Shown piece by piece: positions 12,301 to 21,037 of a DNA stretch of 64,000 bases. Location: positions 29,880 to 93,879 of IMG/VR virus record IMGVR_UViG_3300028388_005362; one strand, written 5' to 3'. The notes under the pieces are model-generated. The model saw only the letters and a program-made list of their open reading frames with translations, was not told the origin of the DNA and ran no database searches. This DNA is from a virus. A program made the position numbers and the translations under genes. The first letter of the stretch is position 1. Every line of letters starts with the position of its first letter.

Positions 12301-15234
12301 GAACAGCTGCTGGATAAGCTCAACATCAACAATGCCACCTTCGGAGTGGTTACCCTGTTGAACCAGATGGGATTCACCGATGAGGTGCTGTACTTCATCA
12401 CCCAGGACATTATCTTCGACTACGCTGAAAACCTGGCGAAGGTCAGAAGTTCCCTCAACGAAGAGGAGAAAGGTAATCCTGAGGCACGGGCCATGAAGAT
12501 GACCCTCGACCAATATGAGAAGAAAGCACAGCAGGCTGGAAAGAGTTGGTCCATTGACGACAATGAAGTATGGAACCGCTACAAAGCTCCGTATGTCAAG
12601 GACATGGAGAAGATGATTGTGGAGGGGGAAAATTCCCAGGATTATTTCGTTCGTCAGTTGGCGATACTGGAAAAATTCAAGGAGTTGCAGAAGGCTGCTA
12701 AGAGTCTGGGTGCTGTACAAGCAGCTGTAAACCCGGATTCCAAAGGTATGCCTAAAGATATGGTCGGGTTGAGTTTGAAACAAACTGCAGCCGCTGAGCT
12801 GGGCAAAAAGCTCATTAACGGAGAGGACCTTATCCACCCTGTTGGAAAAGCCAAGACCGTTAACGCCATCGTACACAGGAATGCCACAAACCTGGCAGTC
12901 CAGCTTTGGCTCAGCGGAAACAACGGGGTGAGCTTCCCATACGCCTCTCCATCCACTTTGGAGTCACTGCTTGAAGGCTATCAACTCATTACCCAGAAAG
13001 AGCTGTTCAGCGATACGGAGAAATCCAATGTTGCCCGCGAGATGTGGAATGATATGAAGAGTTATCTGTTCACCGCCCAAACACTGGGATTGAGCAGAAA
13101 GGATGTGAAGTCCTTGCGCCATACCCTCACCCACGACGAACGTAAAAAAGAGAAAGGGGATAACAATACGGTTAGCTGGGAGCACACCAAAATGTCTTTG
13201 GCTTCCATCGTCAAAGCTCTTCAGGATTCCGGGCAGCTGGGCAACAATGCCTTCTTCAACAAACTCATTCCTCACCCGGGATACAAAGGAAACCCTGCGC
13301 GGGTAGACCTTAACGCTGCTGTCAGTGAAGACTTTGACCCCATCAATACTTATCGCGGGTTCATCGATTTGTTGATTCATGACAAACCTTTGGGCACATT
13401 CAACGGGGTTGAGTACACCACACGTAAGCTGGCGAGTGATCTGATTGCTTATGCGTATGTTACGGGAGGAGTACAAAAGGCCCACCAATTCATACGTTAC
13501 GTTCCACCGGCATACCTGAAGACCATCGGGTTCTTTGACGGGTTGTTTGCCATTGAGGATGCCAAACCGGATGTCCAGATATTTCTGGACCAGTGGGCTC
13601 AGCACAATGCCAAGCGGGTTCCCCAGGTCAAGTTCTCCGAAGCACAAAAAAGTGCTGATGGCAAGGATTGGATCTCTTTGACCAGCTTTGCCCCGGATAA
13701 CAAAGTGGATACCTTCTGGTACCAGGAAACGGTGAAGGGGAAAGAACTTAGCTTCCCTGTTCCTTTTGTTGCTGTTAAGAATAGTAAAGGCACCTTGGCA
13801 CTGTTCAAACTCAAGGACGGTGTATACGAGAGGATTGACACACTGGGCAACAAGTTCGGGTACAAGGAATATGACTTCCAGAGTGCTGTCGGAGAATCCC
13901 AGATTCCAAAGAATCGGGGGTATCGCAAAGACAGTGCGGATGTCAACAACCCTTCCCATGAGGATGGAAAAGTTCAGAACACCGACAAGGCAACAAAGGG
14001 TGGGCGATTGATGGACACCGGTGGAAGAACCACCCACAGGAAGAATTTGGGCAGGATAAAGAAAGCAACTACTAACAAGTACCTGCAGACCCTTGCAGAT
14101 GCTTTGAGCAAGCGCCCAGACCTGACTCCAGAGAATATGAGGGTCACCAAAAGCAAGAATCCATTGATTGCCGGACGCTCGTTTGTGGACGAAAGAGGCG
14201 CCAGTATTTTGGAAATGAACCCACATGTTCCGAAATTTGAAGATGTGAATGAATTTGCCAAGACATACCTGCATGAGACCATGCACCTGTTGACCCGCTC
14301 GCAGTTGATCCGTTATGAAAATTATCTCAAGGACACGGAAGGTACCCGGGAATCCCGCATGCGTAAATGGGGGCTGACCCCTAAGAGCATTGCCGCGATG
14401 GCAGAATTGCGTCGGGTACACCTGATGGCAAGAGAGGAGCTGATGAAGGACCCCAAAGCCAAGGAGCTGATGGATAAGTTAGCCCTTCGTGAGCAGTATA
14501 AGGAGCAATATAAGAATGAGGAAATCACCCAGGAGCAGTTACTGGAAAAAGTGGATGCTCTACAACTGAGTACATACGACACACAACAGTACTATGGTAT
14601 ATATAATCTAAAGGAATTCGTTGCAGAAGCATTGACCAATGAGAAGTTCCAGAGGAGATTGAACGATATTACAGATAACCAAGGCACCACCTGGCTCGAC
14701 CGCATCCTCGACAAGCTCAAGGATCTGTTTGCCTCTTTAGGCTTTGAGGTCAAGAAAGGCTCTGTGCTGGAAACAGCCGTAGTGAATACCTTCTCTCTGA
14801 TTGAGGGCATGCCTGCTACTGAGGAAGCCGCTCAGCTCAAGGACATCAAAGAGGAGAAGAAATCGGTCGATAGTCCGCTTGCCGGAATGGCTGGACTGGG
14901 GACAAACTCTTCGGAGTACCCCGCTGTGAATGCCAATCCCGTACTGGAAATCAACCGCAAGCTGATGGGGGAGAACCTGGTGGGACAAGACGGTCGCATC
15001 ACCGGTGGTACCAAGGATTTGAACCGTGCAGCCGAGATAGTCAAGGGACACAACCAAGCCTCCCTGGAGCGTATTGGAGTACCTTTGGCGAAACTTAACT
15101 GGGCTGACCGCAAGGTAGAGTTCGACCAAGCGGCTGTCGATAAGTATCGAAAGTATATGAATGCCACAGAATTCTTAGGAGAGTTCGAGGCAGAGAAAGT
15201 AAATGAATACAAAGAGAAATACAATATTTGTTAA
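3307..15234 (+). CDS. Giant virion-packaged DNA-dependent RNA polymerase with C-terminal zincin-like domain
   Basis: 3,975 aa. RIPNQG, then GSDFDVDKLY (DxDxD, nt ~11653-11667) and AAVDNEK. HETMH (HExxH, nt ~14272-14286) is followed by EFVAEALTN. Confidence 0.9.
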   Translation: MPIDKDLLKRGLAKQKQGPQVIGPYQGPIDNMEYGSGLSDALKYRPNIYKGDDLNKIKADGQSEWKKGFNAVVGGLASGLLTAVEDTGYILDFENNLKNLADLENVESNWLSDLAKEGKHAIDEAMPIYTEDPNKIWDWNDSGQYWKALKGILDSAVGFAIPGAGATKVVGAAQRLARLGRYMNFLKTSKMGQQLTNSLAAGYITNYGEGKMMALEQYEDSLEKYKHDLWERTFKEIQSKNLGEDPGVLTQRAQDLYNQRLAESMPDFERIAGEEADKFMFKNKAFMLTDAMGLHGLYRGQGLTRNIIKDPSFKGGLKAMGKADLDNPIIQGLKESAEEIGQNVLQMEGKFQTAQRMGQETESNEDLWKRALEFATSDQAILEGAMGFFGGGPQRVLTKAASGQYSAKHRKQQREAYEDQQFMMDPEAKTRTVTRKRPVFDNETGEETFEEYEVTEYNNQWFIENRLSEFDQTRKLIDKAMERGEKGLAETLKNQMFLKMASENFGRGTTANLERALKDVIESNLSEEEVAEKGWDPDYKEQAREQLKLLKKMENRWNRYTKYENREDVFYNRMSYDTLHEQFWNAYNKRKEAEALTDQILEMKGLQRENLTEEQYQEYMQMESVQDEIYYEELRSAIHKQREKLDSDYRKITSDEYQSSLRKMDRQFKRIVKEQAAKARAEAKRQKDKAKAESRSEKQSKTQPKNNNADESTVSSEEQGGNTGGESQTSGTDSGTTQPKTRSPKTQPSNPGTDGSSATSDTQQTEAEPVSDEEYADFVDNGNVSDHRLHMIASKIQSGKQNELSEREKAIHAAKTQEVEEMLRLRKQHEEERKRKEKGTANEQTRAKQQQQENTDEIFTERDTDSTTEQNTKAEELLNETNPDGIEVHDKVALLSRNYIRKGQSTFIDLDNNVIRSMDGMHDILFSDLVGEGTKIRLVVVDDPDVEISSELTYQVSTQGKTTWGAIRDNEQDKTNRIPIQIQLEDGTAIGWLHEMNYANEFATDDSSARLYAVRKAVLEKGPIETTVTSNNGGKFFRYANNEQRPVGEAMPNATMAVVKNGELISNGEVVQVDNPESLANGMTYTVIESAGKRYALQVNPTKFTDTESGRALKRTILKVIEIFTDGDSRTAEQEEIVNQIMENTRNWPGGAVNITTAKGMDRYLSAIMLNSNIHGASMLWAGRNEKDKSRGYLNNNKIKPGAVIFTIKNGAISGSRDKGVEHVSLSKNSPESFRKGKGIEVFESLLDKAYVKIDKNLVGSDKNIVLIGEDGQATVEKYQDIAGKITQTNLKGVQVNTSQGERTTYRFQPRITFDISFAPLPLPEQNAQSQPANESGPNAMEVFNKVKGLFISDPNEMLDKWNSIAPMEQWLTEAVVEWFTQNKNAYNKAMEDYAKYSGQKASDAYKRLMVLQKSFEAAIKRASLKAISMPDTSSVVKPPLEKPVQPQETQQEMSEEELASHLGLSDGQIGDINILVDADEEPNFEGPVLTEAKVAELIKATQNMIIEGLGLKFQTELVETMASDIFRQLIESEEGRMEFAETMETYKDLAAKAVAAAQKDIDTLSAGINSGTLSEKNTLTAKKVLAQRQKVQDVWNNVLSNWDRLSQFTFERVMQFSDTAIDGDPENLRWDDNSAFTVDTKESVAPMLKRFLALIPERDADGNTVKTVLGTTKYLAFDKVYNILQRTTPNRRPDFNELMEAIDENTKAYPFLAEVKAELMKADQQMKNLFVGAMSNHYVNMQLVEWSRGENGEFTLRALSANSNAIALTIFDIWRENLKRHDDVFQVEGEEEEYFIGPELIKRLTDAANTWGHVTPDKGGLKYWFEQLGITLSEKTVEDILSGAFQYGNTKSFQDHVNNPGGLIHTLVKNLSTRGKTSLSDNDPLNNTVVKRLSRHDAQYSQNALSNSLQTGGKTVYAYGQNKYAIVRHNELKRLNTSTKDGKKVKTNTLLTRLAKYGFSGNSLWLYKMAKTKNGELQYADNGEIIVDENGAFLTNLRPWTTSLEPLRKKGSSSREGRELYNISAAEHELFKMGMLMTDVSDESGNNKRIINVTYPTNSDKTTQIGFQIEAADLQLDREGNLDSDSLELLYEALVAPEIQRVRQARQGGIDANNKAYSSGARWFMLMPEINNIEGIFYEDGRLNEDIEGEMKQKIIEVLQSYVKQLAEKKVSDWNDMGIITKSSELDKRYRDHLSAVDENKQLQGAATDMVAQYLVANAEIFKMFIGDPAQFYKTSVYKDVKKRLVAEGVVTQQQAADMSNREVEEHFTSDDIIQIAEDTFLNVGKRLAGDIAPGQELAGTDRQYHPIKTTKRRFGKSKTRKFSRANDTGKQYKTVVLQDFKGTSTAMKQLKELFKDDPKVAAQYGGFESTDAQEYTTWEEHLNMMLWTGKLSEEEYTNFYDKLSQGEDLGKKDLKKVLQPMKPVYVYNTEDKSGTYDRRVYVKSSSFPLIPQLVRGLELEKLAKAMQTQGIQRAAFATAVKVGAPAKLAQVFNTDGTIKDDLDFTDSQLTLERAGLRIQQQIPYDGSKASINRVSQAMKNFMVNMMDVEGFKVKWHNDGKPINGRELHSLFLENYEKLFEMSKEELLEELQDSDGSFSQDKIIKLLRREAIERDYPMSEVEMTEYEDFLRMMPYLPSADRFEALLNSIITNRIVKQKMPGKSYVLGAQEGFKTLDELDNDTRAGITFTPAFDGELKSNQVLIPWKFKTPDGKLINMRQFVGKDGKIDMDRLSPEVLKIFGMRIPNQGPMSQRSLEIAGFLPKASGDLIIAPRDLVVQMGSDFDVDKLYTYMYNVEVVGSKEHPQLLKFVYSEGKHNKHKKYKFHKKIDTDTEREMTEVETIRELTRMEHQNKVIDIMHAVHENPDRSVQKQIHTPLGFWHLPEVAQKVTKARRARMQGGDLFTGLSDAYQRQKYINATAGKSGTGVFAKDSAFNATIQGVEKPMNLRGKGKRPYTVTFGNRNSGKQGLNSPMALDGKTYKSDVISGYLSAAVDNEKEQLLDKLNINNATFGVVTLLNQMGFTDEVLYFITQDIIFDYAENLAKVRSSLNEEEKGNPEARAMKMTLDQYEKKAQQAGKSWSIDDNEVWNRYKAPYVKDMEKMIVEGENSQDYFVRQLAILEKFKELQKAAKSLGAVQAAVNPDSKGMPKDMVGLSLKQTAAAELGKKLINGEDLIHPVGKAKTVNAIVHRNATNLAVQLWLSGNNGVSFPYASPSTLESLLEGYQLITQKELFSDTEKSNVAREMWNDMKSYLFTAQTLGLSRKDVKSLRHTLTHDERKKEKGDNNTVSWEHTKMSLASIVKALQDSGQLGNNAFFNKLIPHPGYKGNPARVDLNAAVSEDFDPINTYRGFIDLLIHDKPLGTFNGVEYTTRKLASDLIAYAYVTGGVQKAHQFIRYVPPAYLKTIGFFDGLFAIEDAKPDVQIFLDQWAQHNAKRVPQVKFSEAQKSADGKDWISLTSFAPDNKVDTFWYQETVKGKELSFPVPFVAVKNSKGTLALFKLKDGVYERIDTLGNKFGYKEYDFQSAVGESQIPKNRGYRKDSADVNNPSHEDGKVQNTDKATKGGRLMDTGGRTTHRKNLGRIKKATTNKYLQTLADALSKRPDLTPENMRVTKSKNPLIAGRSFVDERGASILEMNPHVPKFEDVNEFAKTYLHETMHLLTRSQLIRYENYLKDTEGTRESRMRKWGLTPKSIAAMAELRRVHLMAREELMKDPKAKELMDKLALREQYKEQYKNEEITQEQLLEKVDALQLSTYDTQQYYGIYNLKEFVAEALTNEKFQRRLNDITDNQGTTWLDRILDKLKDLFASLGFEVKKGSVLETAVVNTFSLIEGMPATEEAAQLKDIKEEKKSVDSPLAGMAGLGTNSSEYPAVNANPVLEINRKLMGENLVGQDGRITGGTKDLNRAAEIVKGHNQASLERIGVPLAKLNWADRKVEFDQAAVDKYRKYMNATEFLGEFEAEKVNEYKEKYNIC

Positions 15235-18200
15235 TCATGGGAAAAGCCAATTGTCAGATATTCCCGACGGCGCCTAACGGTAAGGATTCCAACCTGTTCA
15301 AGGATGTGTTGGAGTCCACCGGTAGTCGTGAAGCAGCCACTTACGCATACGGATACGCCAGGAGCGAAGAGTTCCGATACAAAATGGGTGACTGGTTGTA
15401 TAAGAATCCACATAACCCCTATAAAGGAACGCTGGACCAGAACGGTGAACCCATCATGGCGGATCTCACTGAGGTGCTTATCACCAAAGACTTCGAGATG
15501 CCTCAAACACAGGATGACCGGTTCAAGCCTTTACACAAGGTACGGGAACTGGAGAAAAGGGACCTATACAAACAACTCGGGGAATTCAAGCGTAAGCTCA
15601 AGGAAACAGAAAAAGATGTTGACAGGGTCAAGTACCGTCAGCTTATCCAGCGTACTGAGCAGCGAATCGATGCTTTGGATATGGAAATGGAAGACATGTT
15701 GAAGAAGTCCTCCCTGGAAGAGATTGAACAGTATGCCCGTCAGGACCTTGATCGTGCATGGGACATCTTACAGAAGGATGAAATCACTCCGGGGGAAATG
15801 TACCTGGTGGGACACATCATCTCTTTGTGGCAGAAAGCCGGAGACTTCTCCGAGGATGACCACCTGTTCTTCGACCAGGCAGAGTTAGAAGCCCGCCGGG
15901 AAGGACTCAAGGAGATAACCGATAAGTTCCTGGAATGGAAGGATGAGGCGGACCACATGTACACCAACTACTTGCTTCCCCTCCAGCGAAACATGGTAGA
16001 GTCTTCTGTCAAGGAAACCTTTGGAGAGAACGCTTCCAGCGGTCTGGATAACTCCAGAAAGGATAAATCGTGGGCGGTGCTAAATTTTTTGGACATCACT
16101 GAAACAAGCGATACGCTGCTGCAAGCCATGGGTGCATGGGTGAAGACAGCTCAATTCAAAGCCCATCAGGAAAGCGAAGCAGTAATGGCTGAGATTGACC
16201 AGTTGATTAAAGAGAGCGGTGTGAAGGATTTCGATCTGTTCATGCAGACCTTCTCCAACGAAGACTCAAGACTCACCGGTAACCTGGTATTCCGCTGGAC
16301 ACAGGCATACTTTGACGAATCCAAACGGCAGAAAGCCCGCTTGCATAAGGCACGTAACCAGGCAATGCTAATCGAAGACCCTAAGGAAAGGGGCCGTAAG
16401 ATTGCCAAGATACACCAGAACTACTTCCGTCAGATGGCAAAGCGTTCGATAACCTTTGACCTCAGGAAGCTGTTCCCGGATGCGGATATGTACAACGAGA
16501 CCTCTTTTACCGAAGAAGAGCGCAGAAATCACGAAGCTGAACTCCGTCTGCACCTGGGAGATAAAGGCTACGAGCGATTCATTGAAGACGCTGAGGAGCT
16601 CTTGGAAGACTACAAGAAGGACAGAGAAGCCTATATGCTGGAGTTGGAAGCTGAATTCCAGGATGAAATGTCTGCAGGAGACACCTCGAACTTCGATGTG
16701 CACCTGCGCGTATGGGAGATGTCAAACTCACCTTACTGGCATGCGCAGTTCCAGGAAGAGGGATACCCATCCAAAGGAATACAGGGCATGTACGCCAAGC
16801 CTACCTCTCGGTATGTCAAGACGGTTCCCCGCCGATTCGATACTGACGGCAATGACACCGGCTATTATGATAAGAAGTATGAGCAGATAGAGGCAGACGA
16901 GAAGAAACTTAAGCTCTACGACTATATCTTTGACACCCTCAAGCAATCCCGGGAATACTTACCCAACCACAAGATCTCTTTCATGCAGGTCAACACCTTG
17001 CCCATGATTGAGAAGACCGTGTTGGAGACCTTTGCCAGGGATGGCATGCTCTCAGGAGCAGCAGGTATGTGGGAGTCCTTAAAGAAAGCCACACGTTCAG
17101 ATGCTTTATCGGATACTGAATACAACGATATTGACCCTTTGACCGGAGAAGCGGGCATGACCCATCAGTTAGCCTTCGTATCCAATCCTACCAAAAGGGT
17201 AGAAGAGTATGTCGAGCGCAAGGAGATTGAATGGACGGGGAAGAACGGCAAGCCTGAATCGGATGCCGAGTTAAACGAATTGCTTCTGCTCAAAGAAGAG
17301 TGGCGTAGAGAAGCCACCGACAAGCTGGCGAACCAGAAGTCCCATGATTTGGGTATGGTCACCAAGGCATTTGCCGCTATGGCGCTCTCATTTAAGCACA
17401 AGGCGCTTATCGAACCCCAGATGACCCTAAGCTACAAGTTGATGAATAACTCCCTTGAGCAGGTCACAAACGATGCCGGATCACAAATGGTTGACAAGGA
17501 CGGGAACCCGATGAAGAAGAAGGGCCTGGAGAACATGCGTAAGATGTTGAAGGATTTCATGGAGACGTCCTATTATGGGTATCCCGTGCGCATCAAGCAA
17601 GGGCAGACCAAGAAAAGGGTGCTTACTCCTCAGGAAAAGAAAGTCCGTAAGGAGATTGAGTCTTCCATGGAACAGCTCAAAGCAATGCACGAAAAGGGAG
17701 ACCTTACCGATGCGGAATACAACGGCAAGCAACAAAAACTGCAGGACCAACTCGATAAGCTGGGCGGAGTATTTACCGCAAGTCAGTTCGGAGATATGAT
17801 GCTCAAGTACGTCCAGATACTTGGACTGGGATGGAACGTGAAGGCCGCCATTGCGAATTTGGGCTTTGGTTTCATCTCCAATATCATTGAGGCTGCCGAT
17901 GGTCGCTCGTTCACTATCGGGGAGTATTTCAAGGCAATGTCCCTGGTCAAAAGTTCTGTATTGAAGAACATGTCCTTCAACCAGATTGAGACCAAGAACG
18001 CCAAGAAGATTCGCAATATGATGGATAAACTTGACGTACTCAAGGACAGCCGATACGAGCTGTACAAGGCTACTGTCGGGGGCAACAAGCTCAAAGAGAA
18101 ACTCAACTGGCTTGACCCGTATAACCCCAATGCCCGAACCGAGTACATCAACCAGGCTTCCATTATGGTTGCCATGTTGATGCACGACGGACTCTGGGAT

Positions 18201-19034
18201 AAGTACGATGAGAATGGTAATCTCAAAGAAGGCGAGGAAGTCGACGAGAAGGCATTCATTGACACCAAACTCCGCATCGACAAACTCAACAAGATCTCCC
18301 ACGGTAATTACGACCCTGACCTGACATTGTCGGTCAAGCGTAAGTTTTTGGGAAGAGCTTTCTCTCAGTTCCGTACCTGGGCCTTTATGGGATTTGCCAA
18401 CCGTTTTCAGGCAGGCTTTTATGATAACCAGTTGGGATATGAGAGAAAGGGAAGATACCGCTCTTATAGCGCACTTGCCCAACAAATAGGCAAGGTGATG
18501 AAACAGGAGAGCGGGTATAGGGCAGCAGCCTTTGGTGCCAAAGAACTGTTGCGTGCAGCTACCTTCGGGGTATATAACCCGGAAAGCGGTATGGTAGAAG
18601 GACTCAGCGAGGTGGATCAAGCCAATCTTCGAAAGAACCTGATGGAGCTTTATCTCTATCTGGCGTTGGCAATCCTGGTGAGGGCATTCTCAGCCATGGC
18701 AGACACAGACGATGACAAAGAGGCGACATGGAAGTATAGTACTTTCTTCACCATCAATATCCTTGCCCGTCTGCAGACTGATATATTGTTCTACACGAAT
18801 CCGTCGGAATTTGAACGATTGCAGAGAAACGCTCTGGCTGTATTCTCTTTGGTGGTAGACAGTCAGAAGGCTCTGGATTCCACATATAATTGGATGGTCG
18901 GGGGCGACGACATTCTCCAAAGGGGGCCTAATAAAGGGGAATCAAGGATGCTTCGTGACTGGTCTAAATTGATTCCCATGTGGAATCAGAAGTATCGCAT
19001 GGAGGCAGCGTACTCGATGATATTCGACCGTTAA
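15228..19034 (+). CDS. Large internal virion protein (likely ATG start at 15237)
   Basis: 1,268 aa, helical, with HGNY..QFRTW motif and a hydrophobic C-terminal segment; follows the vRNAP. Confidence 0.65.
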   Translation: MLIMGKANCQIFPTAPNGKDSNLFKDVLESTGSREAATYAYGYARSEEFRYKMGDWLYKNPHNPYKGTLDQNGEPIMADLTEVLITKDFEMPQTQDDRFKPLHKVRELEKRDLYKQLGEFKRKLKETEKDVDRVKYRQLIQRTEQRIDALDMEMEDMLKKSSLEEIEQYARQDLDRAWDILQKDEITPGEMYLVGHIISLWQKAGDFSEDDHLFFDQAELEARREGLKEITDKFLEWKDEADHMYTNYLLPLQRNMVESSVKETFGENASSGLDNSRKDKSWAVLNFLDITETSDTLLQAMGAWVKTAQFKAHQESEAVMAEIDQLIKESGVKDFDLFMQTFSNEDSRLTGNLVFRWTQAYFDESKRQKARLHKARNQAMLIEDPKERGRKIAKIHQNYFRQMAKRSITFDLRKLFPDADMYNETSFTEEERRNHEAELRLHLGDKGYERFIEDAEELLEDYKKDREAYMLELEAEFQDEMSAGDTSNFDVHLRVWEMSNSPYWHAQFQEEGYPSKGIQGMYAKPTSRYVKTVPRRFDTDGNDTGYYDKKYEQIEADEKKLKLYDYIFDTLKQSREYLPNHKISFMQVNTLPMIEKTVLETFARDGMLSGAAGMWESLKKATRSDALSDTEYNDIDPLTGEAGMTHQLAFVSNPTKRVEEYVERKEIEWTGKNGKPESDAELNELLLLKEEWRREATDKLANQKSHDLGMVTKAFAAMALSFKHKALIEPQMTLSYKLMNNSLEQVTNDAGSQMVDKDGNPMKKKGLENMRKMLKDFMETSYYGYPVRIKQGQTKKRVLTPQEKKVRKEIESSMEQLKAMHEKGDLTDAEYNGKQQKLQDQLDKLGGVFTASQFGDMMLKYVQILGLGWNVKAAIANLGFGFISNIIEAADGRSFTIGEYFKAMSLVKSSVLKNMSFNQIETKNAKKIRNMMDKLDVLKDSRYELYKATVGGNKLKEKLNWLDPYNPNARTEYINQASIMVAMLMHDGLWDKYDENGNLKEGEEVDEKAFIDTKLRIDKLNKISHGNYDPDLTLSVKRKFLGRAFSQFRTWAFMGFANRFQAGFYDNQLGYERKGRYRSYSALAQQIGKVMKQESGYRAAAFGAKELLRAATFGVYNPESGMVEGLSEVDQANLRKNLMELYLYLALAILVRAFSAMADTDDDKEATWKYSTFFTINILARLQTDILFYTNPSEFERLQRNALAVFSLVVDSQKALDSTYNWMVGGDDILQRGPNKGESRMLRDWSKLIPMWNQKYRMEAAYSMIFDR

Positions 19035-19522
19035 AGGTCTTTGACCATACTCATACTTACCTGGGTCTGCCATTCACGGGAGACCCTTTTTGCTACCCTT
19101 CTTTTGATGTCAATAACAGTGAGGTCCTTGACCAGACCTTTAAGGACGTTGTTGGCTTGTTCAATACTTGAGAACATCCAGTGCATCCACAAAGTTACCA
19201 TGCCCGTCATTTCGTGGGGCTCGCTCTGGGATATATGCACACAGAGGTTTTCATCCTCTGCACGGGCAGTCAGGGCCTGGATGGTAGCTTCAGAGGCCAT
19301 TATTTCCACCATTTCCCTGTGTTCTGTTCTGAAAAAGTCGGTATTCACCTTGATGGTGTACCCGGAGATGACTCCGTTGGTGATCAGGTTCTGCACCCTT
19401 ACCAATGTAGGAGGAGGGCTAAGTCCTATCTTCACCGCCAAGTTCCGATTTGTGATACTGGCATCCTGTTCCAGGATTTTAAGTATCTCGACGTCTTTCT
19501 CGTCGATGACTTTCTTTTTCAT
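19031..19522 (-). CDS. Lrp/AsnC-family transcriptional regulator
   Basis: N-terminal IDEKDVEILKILEQDASITNRNLAVKIGLSPPPTLVRVQNL..GVISGY is a canonical AsnC wHTH. Length 163 aa fits wHTH plus RAM domain. Confidence 0.88.
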   Translation of the reverse strand: MKKKVIDEKDVEILKILEQDASITNRNLAVKIGLSPPPTLVRVQNLITNGVISGYTIKVNTDFFRTEHREMVEIMASEATIQALTARAEDENLCVHISQSEPHEMTGMVTLWMHWMFSSIEQANNVLKGLVKDLTVIDIKRRVAKRVSREWQTQVSMSMVKDL

Positions 19523-19590
19523 AGCTAAAGTTAATAACTGATAATTGTTGTTTGTTGGTTAAAGTAACGAAATAAAATAATTTATAACAA

Positions 19591-19619
19591 GCAAAAGAGG
19601 ACATTAAATCCCCTTTTGC
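19591..19619 (-). terminator. Hairpin between ung and the Lrp gene
   Basis: GCAAAAGAGG...CCCCTTTTGC inverted repeat. Confidence 0.45.
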
Positions 19620-19635
19620 AAAATTAAGTAAAAAC

Positions 19636-20661
19636 TTACCACTTTACGGTCTTTTTCCCGTGGTCCATTAGATAAACATTCGCCTGGGAAAAATGTTTGC
19701 ACCCGAAAAACCCTCTGTTTGCGCTGAGAGGAGAAGGGTGTGCGGCTTCAAGGATCAGGTGTCGCTTCGCATCGATTAGGCCCTTGAGATTTCTGGCAGG
19801 GTTGCCCCACAACATGAATACGACATTCTCCAAATTGTCGTTTATAAGGGAAATAGTTTTGTGGGTGAAGTTCTGCCAGCCTATCCTGCTATGAGAAGCG
19901 GGCTCTCCTTTTCGCACGGTTAAAATGGTATTGAGTAAGAATACACCTTGATAGGCCCATCGCTCCAGTGAGGGAAAACTCCTCAGGTAGAGTCCTCGGC
20001 TGACGTCCTTTTCTATCTCTTTGTAGATGTTCTTCAGAGAAGGAGGTACAACGGAGGGGTCCTTGCTTGAAAAAGCAAGACCGTGTGCCATTCCAGGGGT
20101 GTGGTAAGGGTCTTGTCCGAGTATCACAACTTTTATGTTGTCAAACCCGGTCAATCGATAAGCGTTGAATACGTCGGATGAATCCGGGAAGATGGTATGG
20201 GAAGCTCTTTCTTGCTTGAGCAACTTCATCATTTCCTTCATATAAGGCTGAAGGAACTGCTTACCTATCTTCGGTGCCCACTGATGCCCCACCAGGTCCA
20301 CTATCTTCTCGTGAAGAGCAGATTTAGGACGGCGGGTCCAATGGGAAAGTCCGACTATCCACCAACCGGAGTCATCGGGAGGGGTTCCAGGATACCGGTT
20401 CCCGTCCTCGATGACATGTTCGGCGTTGATGAGATAATCCACATACGGGGTTCTGTAACAGATCACCTTCCCTGCCGAAGACAATCCTTGTCTTACTAAG
20501 AATGCCTGTTGTGAAGGCATCCAATGCTCGTCAGTGACTTCGACAAGGGAGGTGTCGTTATCGACGGTTGCCAGAAGCTCCTCGCTTCCCCTTCCGTCGT
20601 CCGGTTCCAGAATTATCATATCATCGCGTAATTTTGCCGTAAATGTTGATGGTTGGTACAT
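19636..20661 (-). CDS. ung: Family-1 uracil-DNA glycosylase with ~120-aa N-terminal extension
   Basis: GQDPYH, GLAFS, GVFLLNTILTV and HPSPLS motifs. Confidence 0.93.
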   Translation of the reverse strand: MYQPSTFTAKLRDDMIILEPDDGRGSEELLATVDNDTSLVEVTDEHWMPSQQAFLVRQGLSSAGKVICYRTPYVDYLINAEHVIEDGNRYPGTPPDDSGWWIVGLSHWTRRPKSALHEKIVDLVGHQWAPKIGKQFLQPYMKEMMKLLKQERASHTIFPDSSDVFNAYRLTGFDNIKVVILGQDPYHTPGMAHGLAFSSKDPSVVPPSLKNIYKEIEKDVSRGLYLRSFPSLERWAYQGVFLLNTILTVRKGEPASHSRIGWQNFTHKTISLINDNLENVVFMLWGNPARNLKGLIDAKRHLILEAAHPSPLSANRGFFGCKHFSQANVYLMDHGKKTVKW

Positions 20662-21037
20662 GTTTAAGGGTTTCAACAGGGTCAGCTCCAAGCAGTTCGC
20701 ATATTTCATACCAGCTCTGACGGAAGTCTTTGTTGGTATGGATAAGATCCACGGCTTTACTGTTGGCGAACAAGGCTGTGGTCCGATCCTTGTTCAACAG
20801 CGGCCCTGCTGTTTCTGCAGTGTATTTGTATATACCGGTCAAGGCTAACCAAAAGAGTTTACGCCCGTCCGCATAGTAACGTGTCTGGGTCTTGCTGACC
20901 AGGTTTTCACGGGTCAACCCGGTTACTTTCAAAACGGCTTTGTAAACATCTTTCTCAGGGTCCGCAATAAGCCCCAGAATTACTTCCGGGGCGCTGCGGT
21001 TGTCTATGGCTTGCTGTATAGCTTCAATCTTTGTCAT
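20621..21037 (-). CDS. DnaA C-terminal (domain IV)-like HTH protein
   Basis: LVSKTQTRYYADGRK...AGPLLNKDRTTALFA resembles the DnaA-C S..R...R....G.F.RDHTTV pattern. Confidence 0.65.
   Translation of the reverse strand: MTKIEAIQQAIDNRSAPEVILGLIADPEKDVYKAVLKVTGLTRENLVSKTQTRYYADGRKLFWLALTGIYKYTAETAGPLLNKDRTTALFANSKAVDLIHTNKDFRQSWYEICELLGADPVETLKHVPTINIYGKITR

Noticed and set aside
12964-14421. 485-aa antisense ORF (also 11938-12876 and 17481-18620)
   Set aside because: These shadow the large + strand genes, show no recognisable motifs and are explained by codon bias.
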